Shown: in pieces, positions 1-9,679 of the stretch
Layout: every line of letters begins with the position of its first letter
Position numbering within the stretch: position 1 is the stretch's first letter
Origin: Thermoanaerobaculia bacterium
Lineage (GTDB): Bacteria > Acidobacteriota > Thermoanaerobaculia > Multivoradales > Multivoraceae
Direction: 5' to 3'
Length of the DNA stretch: 64,000 nucleotides
Assembly (NCBI GenBank): GCA_963664405.1
Contig: OY761158.1
Location: forward strand, 6,080,001 to 6,144,000
Notes under the pieces: model-generated
What the model saw: the letters and a program-made list of their open reading frames with translations, nothing else
Told to the model about the DNA's origin: nothing
Databases searched by the model: none
Program-made: the position numbers and the translations under genes

Positions 1-490
1 GCCCTGGTGCATGAGCCTCGGCTACTACGGCATGCCCGAGAAAACTGCCGAGTCCTGGCGCAACGGCTGGTTCCACACCGGCGACGGCTTCCGCTGCGAC
101 GAGAACGGCAACTTCTACTTCGTGGATCGCCTGAAGGACGCGATCAGGCGACGAGGTGAGAACATCTCGTCCTTCGAGGTCGAAGCGTATGTCAACGACC
201 ATCCCGACGTGGAGGAGTGCGCTGCGATCGGCGTGCCGTCGGAGCTCGGCGAGGACGAGGTGAAGGTGTGTGTCGTCCGTCGTCCCGATTCGAGCCTCGA
301 CGCCCAAGCTCTGATTGAGTACCTGCTCCCAAACATGCCGCGGTTCATGGTTCCCCGCTTCGTGGAGCTCGTCGACGCACTGCCGAAGACCGATGCCACG
401 GCCCGGACGCGCAAGATCGAGCTGCGAGAGAACGCGCTCAACGAGCGCACCTGGGATCGAGACGAGGCCGGAGTCGAAGTACCGAGGTGA
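1..490 (+). CDS. AMP-dependent acyl-CoA ligase (CaiC/FadD-like), C-terminal part; gene starts before the window
   Basis: GWFHTGD, FYFVDRLKDAIRRRGENISSFEVE and the C-terminal LPKT motif of ANL-superfamily ligases. Confidence 0.9.
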   Translation, partial: PWCMSLGYYGMPEKTAESWRNGWFHTGDGFRCDENGNFYFVDRLKDAIRRRGENISSFEVEAYVNDHPDVEECAAIGVPSELGEDEVKVCVVRRPDSSLDAQALIEYLLPNMPRFMVPRFVELVDALPKTDATARTRKIELRENALNERTWDRDEAGVEVPR

Positions 491-540
491 GGCATGTCGA
501 GCTGGTATTCTTAAGTCCGCATCTGCACGGAGATTGAGAG

Positions 541-1008
541 ATGGGACCCCTTCGCGGCATCAAAGTCATCGAGCTCCAGGGGATCGGCCCCGGACCGTTT
601 TGCGGAATGATGCTGTCGGACATGGGCGCGGACGTCGTGCGCATCGACCGCGCAACCGCGGTTGGCTCCGTTGCTCCCGGCAAACCTCCCGCGGACGTAT
701 TGGCCCGTGGTCGCCGCAGCATCGGGGTCGACCTGAAGAACCCCGAGGGCGTCAAAGTGGTACTTCGGCTGGTGGCAGGGGCCGACGTGCTCATCGAGGG
801 CTTCCGCCCCGGTGTGACCGAGCGACTCGGCATCGGCCCCGACGTGTGTCTTGCTCGCAACCCGCGCCTCGTCTACGGACGCATGACCGGTTGGGGCCAG
901 GAGGGCCCGATGGCCCAGGCCGCCGGCCACGACATCAACTACATCGCCCTGGCCGGTGCGCTGGAGCCGATCGGCCGGCGCCTTCGCGACGCCCAGGCGA
1001 TCGCATAG
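541..1008 (+). pseudogene. CaiB/BaiF family-III CoA-transferase (alpha-methylacyl-CoA racemase-like), internally deleted
   Basis: [61 protein letters not shown]; only 155 aa versus ~360-400 aa typical, ending in a C-terminal-like RLRDAQAIA. Confidence 0.8.
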
Positions 1009-1041
1009 CACGCGACAGCCGATCCGAGAACGAGGACACCT

Positions 1042-1902
1042 GTGCCGAACAAGACCGACGACGACGCGCGCATCCGTTACCAGATCCCCGCTCCAGCGGT
1101 GGCGCGGGTGACACTCGCCCGTCCGGAGGCGCGCAACGCCCAGGACAAGAAGATGCTCTACGAGCTGGACGAAGCGCTGCGCCGGGCCGCCATGGACGAT
1201 GCGATCAAGGTCATCGTCATCGCAGCGGACGGTCCGCACTTTTCGTCGGGCCACGACCTGCGCGACTCGACTCGGTCGAGCGATTTCACGACCGCGAGTC
1301 TGTGGGGAGGCGCCGAGCTCCCGGGAAGCGAGGGGCGGATGGCGGTTGAGGCGGAGACCTACCTCGGTCTTTGCTGGCGTTGGCGAAACCTCCCCAAACC
1401 GACCCTCGTGCAGGTGCAGGGCAAGGTCATCGCAGGAGGGCTAATGCTGGTGTGGCCGTTCGACGTAGTGGTCGCGAGCGAGGATGCAACCTTTTCCGAC
1501 CCTGTGGTCGCGTTCGGCATCGGAGGGCACGAGTTCTTCACCCACGTCTGGGAGTTGGGAGCTCGCAAGGCGAAGGAGATGTTGTTCACCGGCGCTGCGC
1601 TAGGTGCCCGCGAGTGTCACCGGCTCGGGATGGTGAACCACGTAGTGCCGCGCGCCGAGCTCGAGAGCTTCACCCTCGACCTCGCCCAACGCATCGCCTC
1701 GCGTCCCAGCATGGGCCTCAAGCTTGCAAAGCAAGCCGTGAACCAGAGCTTGGACGCCCAAGGTCAGTGGACGGCAGTGCAGGCGGCGTTCTCGCTCCAC
1801 CAACTCGGCCACTCCCACGCCATGGAAATCCACGGGAACGTCGTCGACCCGGCCGGGGCCGACGTCATCCGGCGTGAGGCCGAGGAGCCGGAAGAGATCT
1901 GA
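1042..1902 (+). CDS. Enoyl-CoA hydratase/isomerase (crotonase family)
   Basis: RPEARNAQ, FSSGHDL, PKPTLVQVQGKVIAGG, LGARKAKEMLFTG. Confidence 0.9.
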   Translation: MPNKTDDDARIRYQIPAPAVARVTLARPEARNAQDKKMLYELDEALRRAAMDDAIKVIVIAADGPHFSSGHDLRDSTRSSDFTTASLWGGAELPGSEGRMAVEAETYLGLCWRWRNLPKPTLVQVQGKVIAGGLMLVWPFDVVVASEDATFSDPVVAFGIGGHEFFTHVWELGARKAKEMLFTGAALGARECHRLGMVNHVVPRAELESFTLDLAQRIASRPSMGLKLAKQAVNQSLDAQGQWTAVQAAFSLHQLGHSHAMEIHGNVVDPAGADVIRREAEEPEEI

Positions 1903-1993
1903 GGCCGCACCAGGTCCCGCACAACCCCAGCGCGGTAGCGGTAGAATCGACCGGGAACAGGACGACGAAGACGTCACCAGGGGACGATCGCAG

Positions 1994-3226
1994 ATGGACT
2001 TCCACGACACCGCAGAGGACGCCGATTTCCGCGCCAGAGCCCGCTCGTGGCTGGCTGAGAATTGTCGGCCCAAGGATGCGGAAGACGCCGTCTTCTTGGA
2101 TCGCGAAGACGAGCCGCTGTATGTCGAGCGCGCCAAAGAGTTCCAGGCCAAGCGTGCAGATGCCGGCCTCGGGGCCATCCATTGGCCTCGAGAGTACGGG
2201 GGGAGCGGCGGAACCCCCATTCAGACGGTCATCTGGTCCCAGGAGGAGCTCGCCTTCGACGTGCCACGGTGGGTCTTCGAGATCGGCCTGGGAATGTGCG
2301 GGCCGACCCTGATGGCGTATGCAGATCAGGAAACAAAAAATCGTTTACTCTCGCGGATGGTACGCGGCGACGACATCTGGTGCCAGATGTTTTCGGAGCC
2401 GGCAGCCGGCTCGGACGTCGCCGCGATCCGGACGCGGGCTGAGCGGGACGGCGACGATTGGCTCATCAACGGTCAGAAGGTCTGGACGTCGGGAGCACAC
2501 TACTCGCAGTACGGGATCCTGCTTGCACGTCACGATCCGACTCTTCCCAAGCACAAGGGGTTGACCTTCTTCTGGGTCGATATGGCGACGCCGGGGATCG
2601 AGGTGAAGCCCATCCGTCAGATTTCGGGCCGGTCGCACTTCAACGAAGTCTTCTTCACCGACGTTCGCATTCCGGACTCTCAGCGACTCGGTGAGATAGG
2701 TGAAGGCTGGCAAGTCGCGATCACCACTCTGATGAACGAGCGACTGGCGGTCGGAGCGGGTGGCGGCCTCGACTTCCCCGACATCTTCGCCCTGGCGCGG
2801 AAGATGGAGGTCGACGGCGTGCCCGTCCTCTCCAATACAGCGACCCGGGACCGACTCGCAGACTGGTACGTCCAGTCCGAAGGGCTTCGTCTCAACCAGG
2901 CCCGCACTCTAACGAGGCTCAGCAGAGGGGAGACTCCGGGTCCGGAGTCGTCGATCGAGAAGGTCGTGGGTGCTCCGAAGATCCAGGACATCGCGTCTTT
3001 CGGGGTCGATCTGCTCGAGCAGGCGGGAGTGCTCCTCGACAGCGACACGACCCCGGGCGGGAGCCTTTTCCAAGAGAACTTCCTCGCGTCCCCGAGCCTG
3101 CGAATCGGCGGCGGCACCGACGAAGTCCTGCGTAATGTGATCGCCGAGCGTGTGCTACAGCTCCCCGGCGACATTCGCGTCGACCGGGATGTGCCCTTCA
3201 AAGAGATCCCGCGCGGTCGTGCATAA
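1994..3226 (+). CDS. Acyl-CoA dehydrogenase (FadE-like)
   Basis: WCQMFSEPAAGSD, NGQKVWTS, FNEVFFTDVRIP, IGGGTDEV; start placed at ATG 1994 (MDFHDTAEDADFR). Confidence 0.92.
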   Translation: MDFHDTAEDADFRARARSWLAENCRPKDAEDAVFLDREDEPLYVERAKEFQAKRADAGLGAIHWPREYGGSGGTPIQTVIWSQEELAFDVPRWVFEIGLGMCGPTLMAYADQETKNRLLSRMVRGDDIWCQMFSEPAAGSDVAAIRTRAERDGDDWLINGQKVWTSGAHYSQYGILLARHDPTLPKHKGLTFFWVDMATPGIEVKPIRQISGRSHFNEVFFTDVRIPDSQRLGEIGEGWQVAITTLMNERLAVGAGGGLDFPDIFALARKMEVDGVPVLSNTATRDRLADWYVQSEGLRLNQARTLTRLSRGETPGPESSIEKVVGAPKIQDIASFGVDLLEQAGVLLDSDTTPGGSLFQENFLASPSLRIGGGTDEVLRNVIAERVLQLPGDIRVDRDVPFKEIPRGRA

Positions 3227-4523
3227 AGATCCTTTGGCTCCCCGCGGGGTGCCGGTGCCGGCTCGACCGTGCGTCCGATGCCCCATCGGTCTGGTGCCGC
3301 TATCACGAGTTGGCCGAGCGGTCCGCACCGGGAGCGCGGGTGCCTGCCTCCTCCTGGCGGCGTCGGTTGCCATCGGCGCAAAGGAGCCGACTTGGTCGGG
3401 TGAGGTAGCGCGGATCGTCCATCAGAGCTGTGCCGGCTGTCATCATCCAGGGGGCCCGGCACCAATGAGCCTTCTTCGCTACGACGAGGTACGGCCCTGG
3501 GTGAAGTCTCTGGCGCGTCAAGTTGCGGCCGGCTCGATGCCGCCCTGGCACGCGGCCGGCGAGCATGGAACCTTCGCCAACGATCGTCGCCTGCCGTCGA
3601 GCGAGCGCGACACTTTGTTGGCGTGGGCGGCGTCGGGAGCCCCGATGGGCGAGAGGTCGGAGGCTCCCGAGCCGCCGAGCTTCCTAGACGGCTGGAGAAT
3701 CGGCGAGCCGGATCTGATCCTCGAGATGCCCGAGGAGGTCACCGTACCCGCCAGTGGTGAGCTGCCCTACCACGACTATGTGGTCGACCCTGGGTTCGAG
3801 GAGGATGTGTGGGTTCGCGCCGCCGAGTCTCGACCGGGTAACCCGAATGTCGTTCATCACATCATCGTCGGCTATCTGACCGACGATCCTCTGGCTCGAC
3901 ATCGAATGCAGCAAGAGGGGCTCGAGAGCCGAGTGCAGGGCAGCCTCGGAGGCTATGTTCCGGGTGACGAGCCGTTGGTGTTGGGAGAGGGGATGGCTCG
4001 GCTGATCCCGGCGGGATCGAAGATCTACTTCCAGATGCACTACACCCCGACCGGCAAGGTCGAGACCGATCGCTCCCGCCTCGGTCTGGTCCTGGCCGAC
4101 GGGCCGCCGCGCCATGAAGTTCGCACCGGCATCGCGTCGAGCCCCTTCATTCACATTCCGGCAGGCTCTCCCGACAAGTCTCTGAGTGCGAGCTTCAGCT
4201 TTCGTCGAGACAGCATCCTCCTGTCGATGCGTCCTCATCTCCACCTGCGGGGGAAGAGCTTCCAATACCTGGCGCGCTACCCGGATGGCTCGGAGGAGAT
4301 CCTGCTCGAAGTGCCTGACTACGATTTTAGCTGGCAGACCCGTTACCTGCTCGCCGAGCCCAAGCGCATACCCGCCGGCACCGAGCTGGTTTGCACCGGC
4401 ACCTGGGACAATTCGAGTGCGAACCCGAGCAACCCGGATCCGAGCATCGACGTTTCTTGGGGGCAGCAGACCGATGACGAGATGATGATCGGTTTTTTCG
4501 AGTATTACGAGCTTGCCGACTGA
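3219..4523 (+). CDS. Secreted protein with N-terminal c-type heme site and copper type II (PHM-like) monooxygenase domains
   Basis: CAGCH heme motif, MPPW, VVHHIIV, FQMHY, PHLHLRGK, DEMMIG; hydrophobic signal-like stretch; start uncertain. Confidence 0.7.
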   Translation: MHKDPLAPRGVPVPARPCVRCPIGLVPLSRVGRAVRTGSAGACLLLAASVAIGAKEPTWSGEVARIVHQSCAGCHHPGGPAPMSLLRYDEVRPWVKSLARQVAAGSMPPWHAAGEHGTFANDRRLPSSERDTLLAWAASGAPMGERSEAPEPPSFLDGWRIGEPDLILEMPEEVTVPASGELPYHDYVVDPGFEEDVWVRAAESRPGNPNVVHHIIVGYLTDDPLARHRMQQEGLESRVQGSLGGYVPGDEPLVLGEGMARLIPAGSKIYFQMHYTPTGKVETDRSRLGLVLADGPPRHEVRTGIASSPFIHIPAGSPDKSLSASFSFRRDSILLSMRPHLHLRGKSFQYLARYPDGSEEILLEVPDYDFSWQTRYLLAEPKRIPAGTELVCTGTWDNSSANPSNPDPSIDVSWGQQTDDEMMIGFFEYYELAD

Positions 4524-4579
4524 GAGCCTCCGACGGGGCGTACGTCAGATTTGTGAGATGAGTTGGGTGGGTGTGGCAG

Positions 4580-5210
4580 CTAGGCAGTGTGTCGGCAGCG
4601 GTGTGGGGAGTTCCAGAACATTTCGAATCGGCCGCTGAGCTTCGCACAGCGCAGAGCCAGGATGGCGTTAGCGCCGTCGAGGCTCCAGTGCATCCCGGCG
4701 CGCTTGAGGCGGTGGCCGACGACCACCTTGCAGCCGGCTTCGACCACCCCAGTCGAGGTGCAGAGACCCTCGGCGCGGAAGCGATCGTAGCGCATGCGAT
4801 GGCGGTTGCGCTGGAAGTACGCTGCCGCCTTGCGGGCCTCGAGCTCCTCGTAGCGCTGCTCGGTCCAAACCGTGGCGAGATCGCTGGGGGATCCGTAAAT
4901 GGCGCGGGCCACTTCGCTGAGATGCTCTTTGGCGTGGTAAAGGTCGACGATCTGGGTCGCCCGGGGAAAGAGCTCGTCGGCGAGATTCCAGATCCACCGG
5001 GCCCCATCGCCTAAAACGACCTGGCGCGGCACGCGCTCGAAGCCTCGACGTTTGGCTTCCCGCTCGACCCGCTGCCAGAAGGGAGCCACCTCGCGGTCCA
5101 CGTCGTGTGTGGCCGCCGTCTCGATGGCGGCGGGGTAGCTCACCGAGCCGCGATCTCGCACCGGCCGATCCTCCTCGTCGCGCCCCTGGGCACTCCAGAG
5201 CGTACACAGC
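4580..5210 (-). pseudogene. ISKra4-family transposase, C-terminal part
   Basis: VVLGDGARWIW, IVDLYHAKEHL, NRHRMRY, GVVEAGCKVVVGHRLKRAGMHW; joins in frame to 8601+ once the IS21 is removed. Confidence 0.85.
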
Positions 5211-5219
5211 TGTTACCGG

Positions 5220-5576
5220 CTACGAGAAAGCGCACTTAGTTGGCTGCGAGTCGGTTTTTTGTCCCCGCGAGGCGTGACTCAGGGTGTGGCGCAGATAGTC
5301 GAGGTACCCCTCGGGGGGTGGCGTCGTGGGGAGTTCTCGGAGGATGGGGAGAAAGTAGGCGAGGGATCGGATGGGCTGGAGCTTTGGTAGGCGCGGATCT
5401 CGGCATGCGCGTCGGGCGGAGCCGAGGAGGAGGGCGGCCTGGAGGACGGTGAGAGGCAGGTCTTGGTCGAAGAGCTGGTCGACGATGACGCGGTCGCCGT
5501 GGTGGAAGCGGTGCGGGGTGTCGGGAAGGAGTCGATAGAGGCGGAGGAGCTGGCGCCGATAGTGGCTTCGGGTCAT
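5220..5576 (-). CDS. Hypothetical protein, IS21 accessory ORF downstream of istB
   Basis: 118 aa; start overlaps the istB stop (ATGA); ends inside the terminal IR. Confidence 0.65.
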   Translation of the reverse strand: MTRSHYRRQLLRLYRLLPDTPHRFHHGDRVIVDQLFDQDLPLTVLQAALLLGSARRACRDPRLPKLQPIRSLAYFLPILRELPTTPPPEGYLDYLRHTLSHASRGQKTDSQPTKCAFS

Positions 5577-6367
5577 GAGCGTCGTCGTGCTGCGCTCCGC
5601 CTTTTGGCGCGGTCCTTGGCCTTTTTTTCAGCAGCCTCCTTGGCCTCCTTGCGGCGATAGGAGTTAGCCTCGATCTTGACGATCTCGGCGTGGTGGGTGA
5701 GTCGATCGACGAGAGTGACGACGCAGGAGGCGTTGGGAAAGACCTCGGCCCATTCGGCGAAGGGCTTGTTGGTGGTGAGAAGAATGGGCTTGTTGCCGTA
5801 TCTCCTGGAGACGACCTCGAAGAGGAGATCCGCGTGGCGGTGGTCGTAGGAGAGATAGCCGAGCTCATCGATTGCCAAAAGCGAGGGTCGGGTGTATTTG
5901 GAGAGCCTTCTCTGGAGCGCCGAGGGGGTTTCCTGGACGGCGAGATCGTTGAGCATGTCGGAGGCGGTGACGAAGCTGGCGGTGGCCCCTCGTTGCAGCG
6001 CCTGGTAGAGGAGGTTCTTGGCAATCATGGTCTTGCCGACACCGTTGGGTCCGAGGAGGATGACGTTGGTGATGTCGTCGAGGAATTGGAGGGTGAGCAG
6101 ATCCTGGATCTGCTCGCGGTCGATGCGCTGGGGCCAGGAGAAGTCGAAGTCGGCGATGCTCTTGAAGAGCCCGACGCGGCTGGTGCGGATGCGCCGTTCG
6201 AGGCTGCGCCGTTTGCGCTCGGCCTCTTCTTTGCGCAGCAGCTGTTCGAGCCAGGGCTGTTCTCGGTAGGTGCCCCAGTCGTCGACGAGGGCGTAGAAGC
6301 CGAGGGATCGGGCGAGCTCTCGTAGTGGTTCGTCAGGGATCGTTGGACTCTTCCTGGGTCGGGCCAT
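5573..6367 (-). CDS. istB: IS21 helper ATPase IstB
   Basis: Walker A GPNGVGKT, Walker B LLAIDELGY, TTNKPFAEW, LVDRLTHH, SYRRKE. Confidence 0.93.
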   Translation of the reverse strand: MARPRKSPTIPDEPLRELARSLGFYALVDDWGTYREQPWLEQLLRKEEAERKRRSLERRIRTSRVGLFKSIADFDFSWPQRIDREQIQDLLTLQFLDDITNVILLGPNGVGKTMIAKNLLYQALQRGATASFVTASDMLNDLAVQETPSALQRRLSKYTRPSLLAIDELGYLSYDHRHADLLFEVVSRRYGNKPILLTTNKPFAEWAEVFPNASCVVTLVDRLTHHAEIVKIEANSYRRKEAKEAAEKKAKDRAKRRSAARRRS

Positions 6368-7841
6368 CGTCGTTGCCTCCAAGTTGGTCGTAGTCCTCGA
6401 GGTTGTGCGGTCTCACGGAGAGATCTCGCTGTTGGAGCTCCTGGCTGAGCGGCACCGGTAAAGCCGGGGGCTGACCGAGGCCGCGCTGGTGCCGTTCGAG
6501 TAGGAGCCGGACGGACTGGAATCGCGGTGCGTGGTTCAGGAGCGCTTCGCGCACGGCTTTGTCGAGTCGCTGGGGGCCGTACTGGCGCAGGAGTCGGAGC
6601 AGGCCGGCGGTCTGCGTTCCGAGGTTCTCGCCTCGCTCGGCGAGCTGCTGCATCAGCTCTTCGCATCGAGGCACAGCGGAAAACAGCCGATGGAAGCCCC
6701 GGTGTCGTCGGGCCCTGCGTTTGTGAGCGAGGAGCTCCTCGAGGTGTTGAGGATCGAGGATCTGCTCGCCCCGGGAGTACGAGCGAGGGTGCTCGGCGAG
6801 GAGCTCCTGGCCATCGAGGATCCGCACCCGATGCTCGCTGGCGAGGAGCGTGACGGTCCTCTGCACATGACTGTGCGGCACCGAGTAGTCGTTGAGGTCG
6901 AAGCGCACGATCGGCGTCTTTCTGACCTTGATCTCCAGTCGCAGGTCGGTTTCGAAGTCGTCTCCGGGAAGCTCAAGCAGTCGAGGTCGTTCCTGGGCCA
7001 GGGCGCTTTTCACGGTTCGCTGTCGGTCCTGCGGCCAGGGTCTGCGCTGCGACCTCTGGCACCATTCCAGGACCTGCCGATTCAGACGATCCAAATCGCT
7101 CACCGTTCGGGCGCCGAAGAACGAGCTTCGCAGGAAGCGGATTGCGCGCTCGACGCGGCCTTTCTCATTTCCCCGAGCCACCGCGGCGACGGTGGGAAGG
7201 AAGCCGTAGTGGCTGGCGAAATCGAGCAGCACGGGATGGAAGCGCACCGCGGTTCCCTGCCGCTCGATCACCGCGGTTCGCAGGTTGTCGTACAGAACGG
7301 TCCTGACGACGCCGTCGACGTAGTGGAAGGCCAGCTGGTGAGCGTGCAAGAAGGTTTCGAGACGAGTGTCGAGGGTGAAGTGCACGAAGACCGTGCGCGA
7401 GAACGACAGCACGAAGACGAAGGCATAGAGCCGACGATGTGCCCGGCCGACGCGGAGCCGACCGAAGTGGCCCCAGTCGACCTGCGCCTGCTCTCCTGGC
7501 AGCATGCGCAGCGAGAGAAACGCCTCGCGCTGGGGCTTCGGTCGCATCGAGGCCACCAGGTGGCGAAACTGATCCGGGCCTCCTGGATAGCCGCGCTCCA
7601 CCACCATGGTGTAGAGACGGCTCGCCGGCAGTCGTGGGTAGGTCCCGAGCACCTGCTCGATGAACGGCAGGTAAGGATCGATCATCCTCCCTCGTCGCTG
7701 CTGGGGTAGCACGCCGGACTTCTCCAGCGCCCGGCGCACGGTTGAGGGGTGCAGCTGTAGCTGTCGAGCGATCGTGCCGACTTTCCACTTCTCGACCAGG
7801 AACAGACGACGGATCTCCCCGCGCAGCTGTGCGTCGATCAC
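6333..7841 (-). CDS. istA: IS21 transposase IstA
   Basis: N-terminal HTH (IARQLQLHPSTVRRAL), PGEQAQVDWG, VLYDNLRTAV, EKGRVERAI, FDLNDYSVP; GTG start at 7841 preferred. Confidence 0.93.
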   Translation of the reverse strand: MIDAQLRGEIRRLFLVEKWKVGTIARQLQLHPSTVRRALEKSGVLPQQRRGRMIDPYLPFIEQVLGTYPRLPASRLYTMVVERGYPGGPDQFRHLVASMRPKPQREAFLSLRMLPGEQAQVDWGHFGRLRVGRAHRRLYAFVFVLSFSRTVFVHFTLDTRLETFLHAHQLAFHYVDGVVRTVLYDNLRTAVIERQGTAVRFHPVLLDFASHYGFLPTVAAVARGNEKGRVERAIRFLRSSFFGARTVSDLDRLNRQVLEWCQRSQRRPWPQDRQRTVKSALAQERPRLLELPGDDFETDLRLEIKVRKTPIVRFDLNDYSVPHSHVQRTVTLLASEHRVRILDGQELLAEHPRSYSRGEQILDPQHLEELLAHKRRARRHRGFHRLFSAVPRCEELMQQLAERGENLGTQTAGLLRLLRQYGPQRLDKAVREALLNHAPRFQSVRLLLERHQRGLGQPPALPVPLSQELQQRDLSVRPHNLEDYDQLGGNDDGPTQEESNDP

Positions 7842-7845
7842 GCCC

Positions 7846-8241
7846 CTATCTCCGTCGGCAACGACGAAAGCTCGTTCGCACAAACTCTCGGCAGGCCTCT
7901 CCACACTGCATGCATCGCGGATTCCTCGGGTCGTAGCGCACTTCGCGCCTCGGAGTCTCGATCCGACACAGTGTCCTCCCCGAAGTACCGCCTGGGGTAC
8001 CCTGATGCGTCACTTTCTCTGCCCGCTCGCGCTGGCGCCGACGGTAGCGGGCCTGACGGGCGGCATGACAATGCCGACCTCGGAGGCTTCGCTGGTACCG
8101 ATGGCCGGCCGCCCGAGTCGATTCCCGACGAGCCACCAGAGCACAAGCCCGGCAGTAACGCTGGCCACGGTCACAGTGCGAGCACAGCGAGATACGCCGA
8201 CGGCATCGAGCACAGTCGAAGAGTCGGTAGTCCGGTCGCAT
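7846..8241 (-). CDS. Cys-rich basic hypothetical protein, IS21 accessory ORF upstream of istA
   Basis: CARC..CSHCDRGQRYCRAC and C-terminal CMQC; stop 5 bp before the istA start; inside the IS IRs. Confidence 0.65.
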   Translation of the reverse strand: MRPDYRLFDCARCRRRISLCSHCDRGQRYCRACALVARRESTRAAGHRYQRSLRGRHCHAARQARYRRRQRERAEKVTHQGTPGGTSGRTLCRIETPRREVRYDPRNPRCMQCGEACREFVRTSFRRCRRR

Positions 8242-8600
8242 CGTCGCCTCCCATTCGACGACGACCCCGACTCTCTGCCATACTGCAAGCGCAGCTAATG
8301 CTGCGGTTTGGGGCAGAGCCCGGGGCGTTTTCTACTTCGCTTTCCCGGGCTCTCGCCGTCTCTGGTCGGCCTGCTCTATCAGAGCAGAGCCCGCACTGCA
8401 AAGCCCTACACCGACTCACGCATCTCTTCCGACCGCAAACACGCCGCCGGGACCACGCACCCGGACCGCCGTTCCGGCGGGATGATGCCGCCCTTCCTGA
8501 AGAAGGCCTAGCTTTCCCGCGGTCGCGAAGCCCTCAGCTCACTCCATCCCGGAAACTGCGCTCGCAGCCAACGGGATGCGCTTTCTCGCAGCCATCAACA

Positions 8601-9272
8601 ACAGCTTCACCTCGCGGGTCTTGGCCGATCCGTCGGGCTGCTTGCCGGCGCGGCCCGAGAGCTCGGAGCGGCGCATCGGCACCCCGGTGCCGTCCACTCC
8701 GAGGTACAGCGTCGCCGGGATCTCGGAAGAGTTGGCGGGCTCGACGACCTGTTGCTCATGCTGGGCGATCTCACGCCCCAAGGCCTCGGCGGTGCGCTCC
8801 ACCTGTTTGGCGCCGATCTGGACCCCGGCCAGCTCCGAGAGCAGCTCGCTGCCCTCCTGGAAGCTCACCAGGGCGCCGACGGTGCCCACCATCCGGGTGA
8901 ACGGCCGGCGACAGCGAGCGGCCTTCGAGACCCAGCACACGGTCTCGGGGGCAGAAGCCTGTCTTACAGTGCAGACAGTCGTAATACGCCCGCTCCAGGC
9001 GCATCGCTCCCAGCACGGTCTCGAAGTGTTTGGCTCGACGGCCCGCGTAGCGCGCTGTCTGACCACAGGCGCAGGGTGCACTCGCCCCGACGTGGTCGGA
9101 CCGATCGGCATTGAGCCGCCGCTCGACCGCCCGCGCCGCGAGCTCGAGGGCTTGACACCGCACGGTCGTCTCCAGGGCCTCGAAGTCGAGCGCCTCGACC
9201 GCCTCTGGGCTGATCAGCGTCTCGACTTCGGTCGCGATCTCGGCCTCGAAGATCGTCTGGAGCCCTTTTTTT
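8601..9272 (-). pseudogene. ISKra4-family transposase, N-terminal part (frameshifted near 8900)
   Basis: CACG..ARYAGRRAK.FETVLG.MRLERAYY.C..C..GFCPRD in one frame continues as RMVG..GALVSFQEGSELL..LYLGVDGTGVPMR..KTREVKL in another. Confidence 0.8.
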
Positions 9273-9627
9273 CTACCCTATCTCCACTCCCCATCTTGGC
9301 CTCCGCCAGCTCTCGATCGGCCCATCGCTCGCAGGCCTCCCAATACGCCTCCACCTGCTGGCGAAACTCCCGCCCCGCGGCCACCTGCAGGCGCGCTCTT
9401 TCGGCCTGTTGCGCCGAAAGACGCCGCGACTGGGTGCGCCCACCCACCGTGCGGGTGAGATTGAAGTAGGGACCGTGGCGAGCGTCTTCGCGGGTGGCGC
9501 ATCTGCAGTTTGGCTTGCCGCACTTGAGAAAACGCTGGCCGAGCGAGCCTCGCCGCATCGGCGTGGGCTGGGCGAGCTTCTCGACCGCCTTGCGCACGGT
9601 TTCCGGGACCATTTCGGGCTCCGACAT
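9214..9627 (-). CDS. DUF6788-like small protein of the ISKra4 element (likely N-terminal partner of the transposase via frameshift)
   Basis: MRRGSL...KCGKPNCRC...HGPYF.LTR..GGRT; RBS AAGGAGG; A7G run near its end. Confidence 0.75.
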   Translation of the reverse strand: MSEPEMVPETVRKAVEKLAQPTPMRRGSLGQRFLKCGKPNCRCATREDARHGPYFNLTRTVGGRTQSRRLSAQQAERARLQVAAGREFRQQVEAYWEACERWADRELAEAKMGSGDRVEKKGSRRSSRPRSRPKSRR

Positions 9628-9637
9628 AGTATCCTCC

Positions 9638-9679
9638 TTGTCTGTCAGCTATAGTAGCTGACAGACAACCTCAGTGCAA
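9638..9679 (-). promoter_or_regulatory. Putative sigma70 promoter of the IS ORF with overlapping perfect 14-bp inverted repeat
   Basis: Minus strand TTGCAC(9679-9674)-N17-TACTAT(9656-9651); TTGTCTGTCAGCTA-N3-TAGCTGACAGACAA at 9638-9668. Confidence 0.6.

Larger units (their letters stand above)
5211..8600 (-). mobile_element. IS21-family insertion sequence, 3390 bp, four ORFs
   Basis: Terminal IRs TGTTaccGGCTaCGAGAAAGCGCActtaGTTGGCTGCGAG / TGTTgatGGCTgCGAGAAAGCGCAtcccGTTGGCTGCGAG; 5-bp TSD ACAGC at 5206-5210 and 8601-8605; istA plus istB. Confidence 0.95.
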
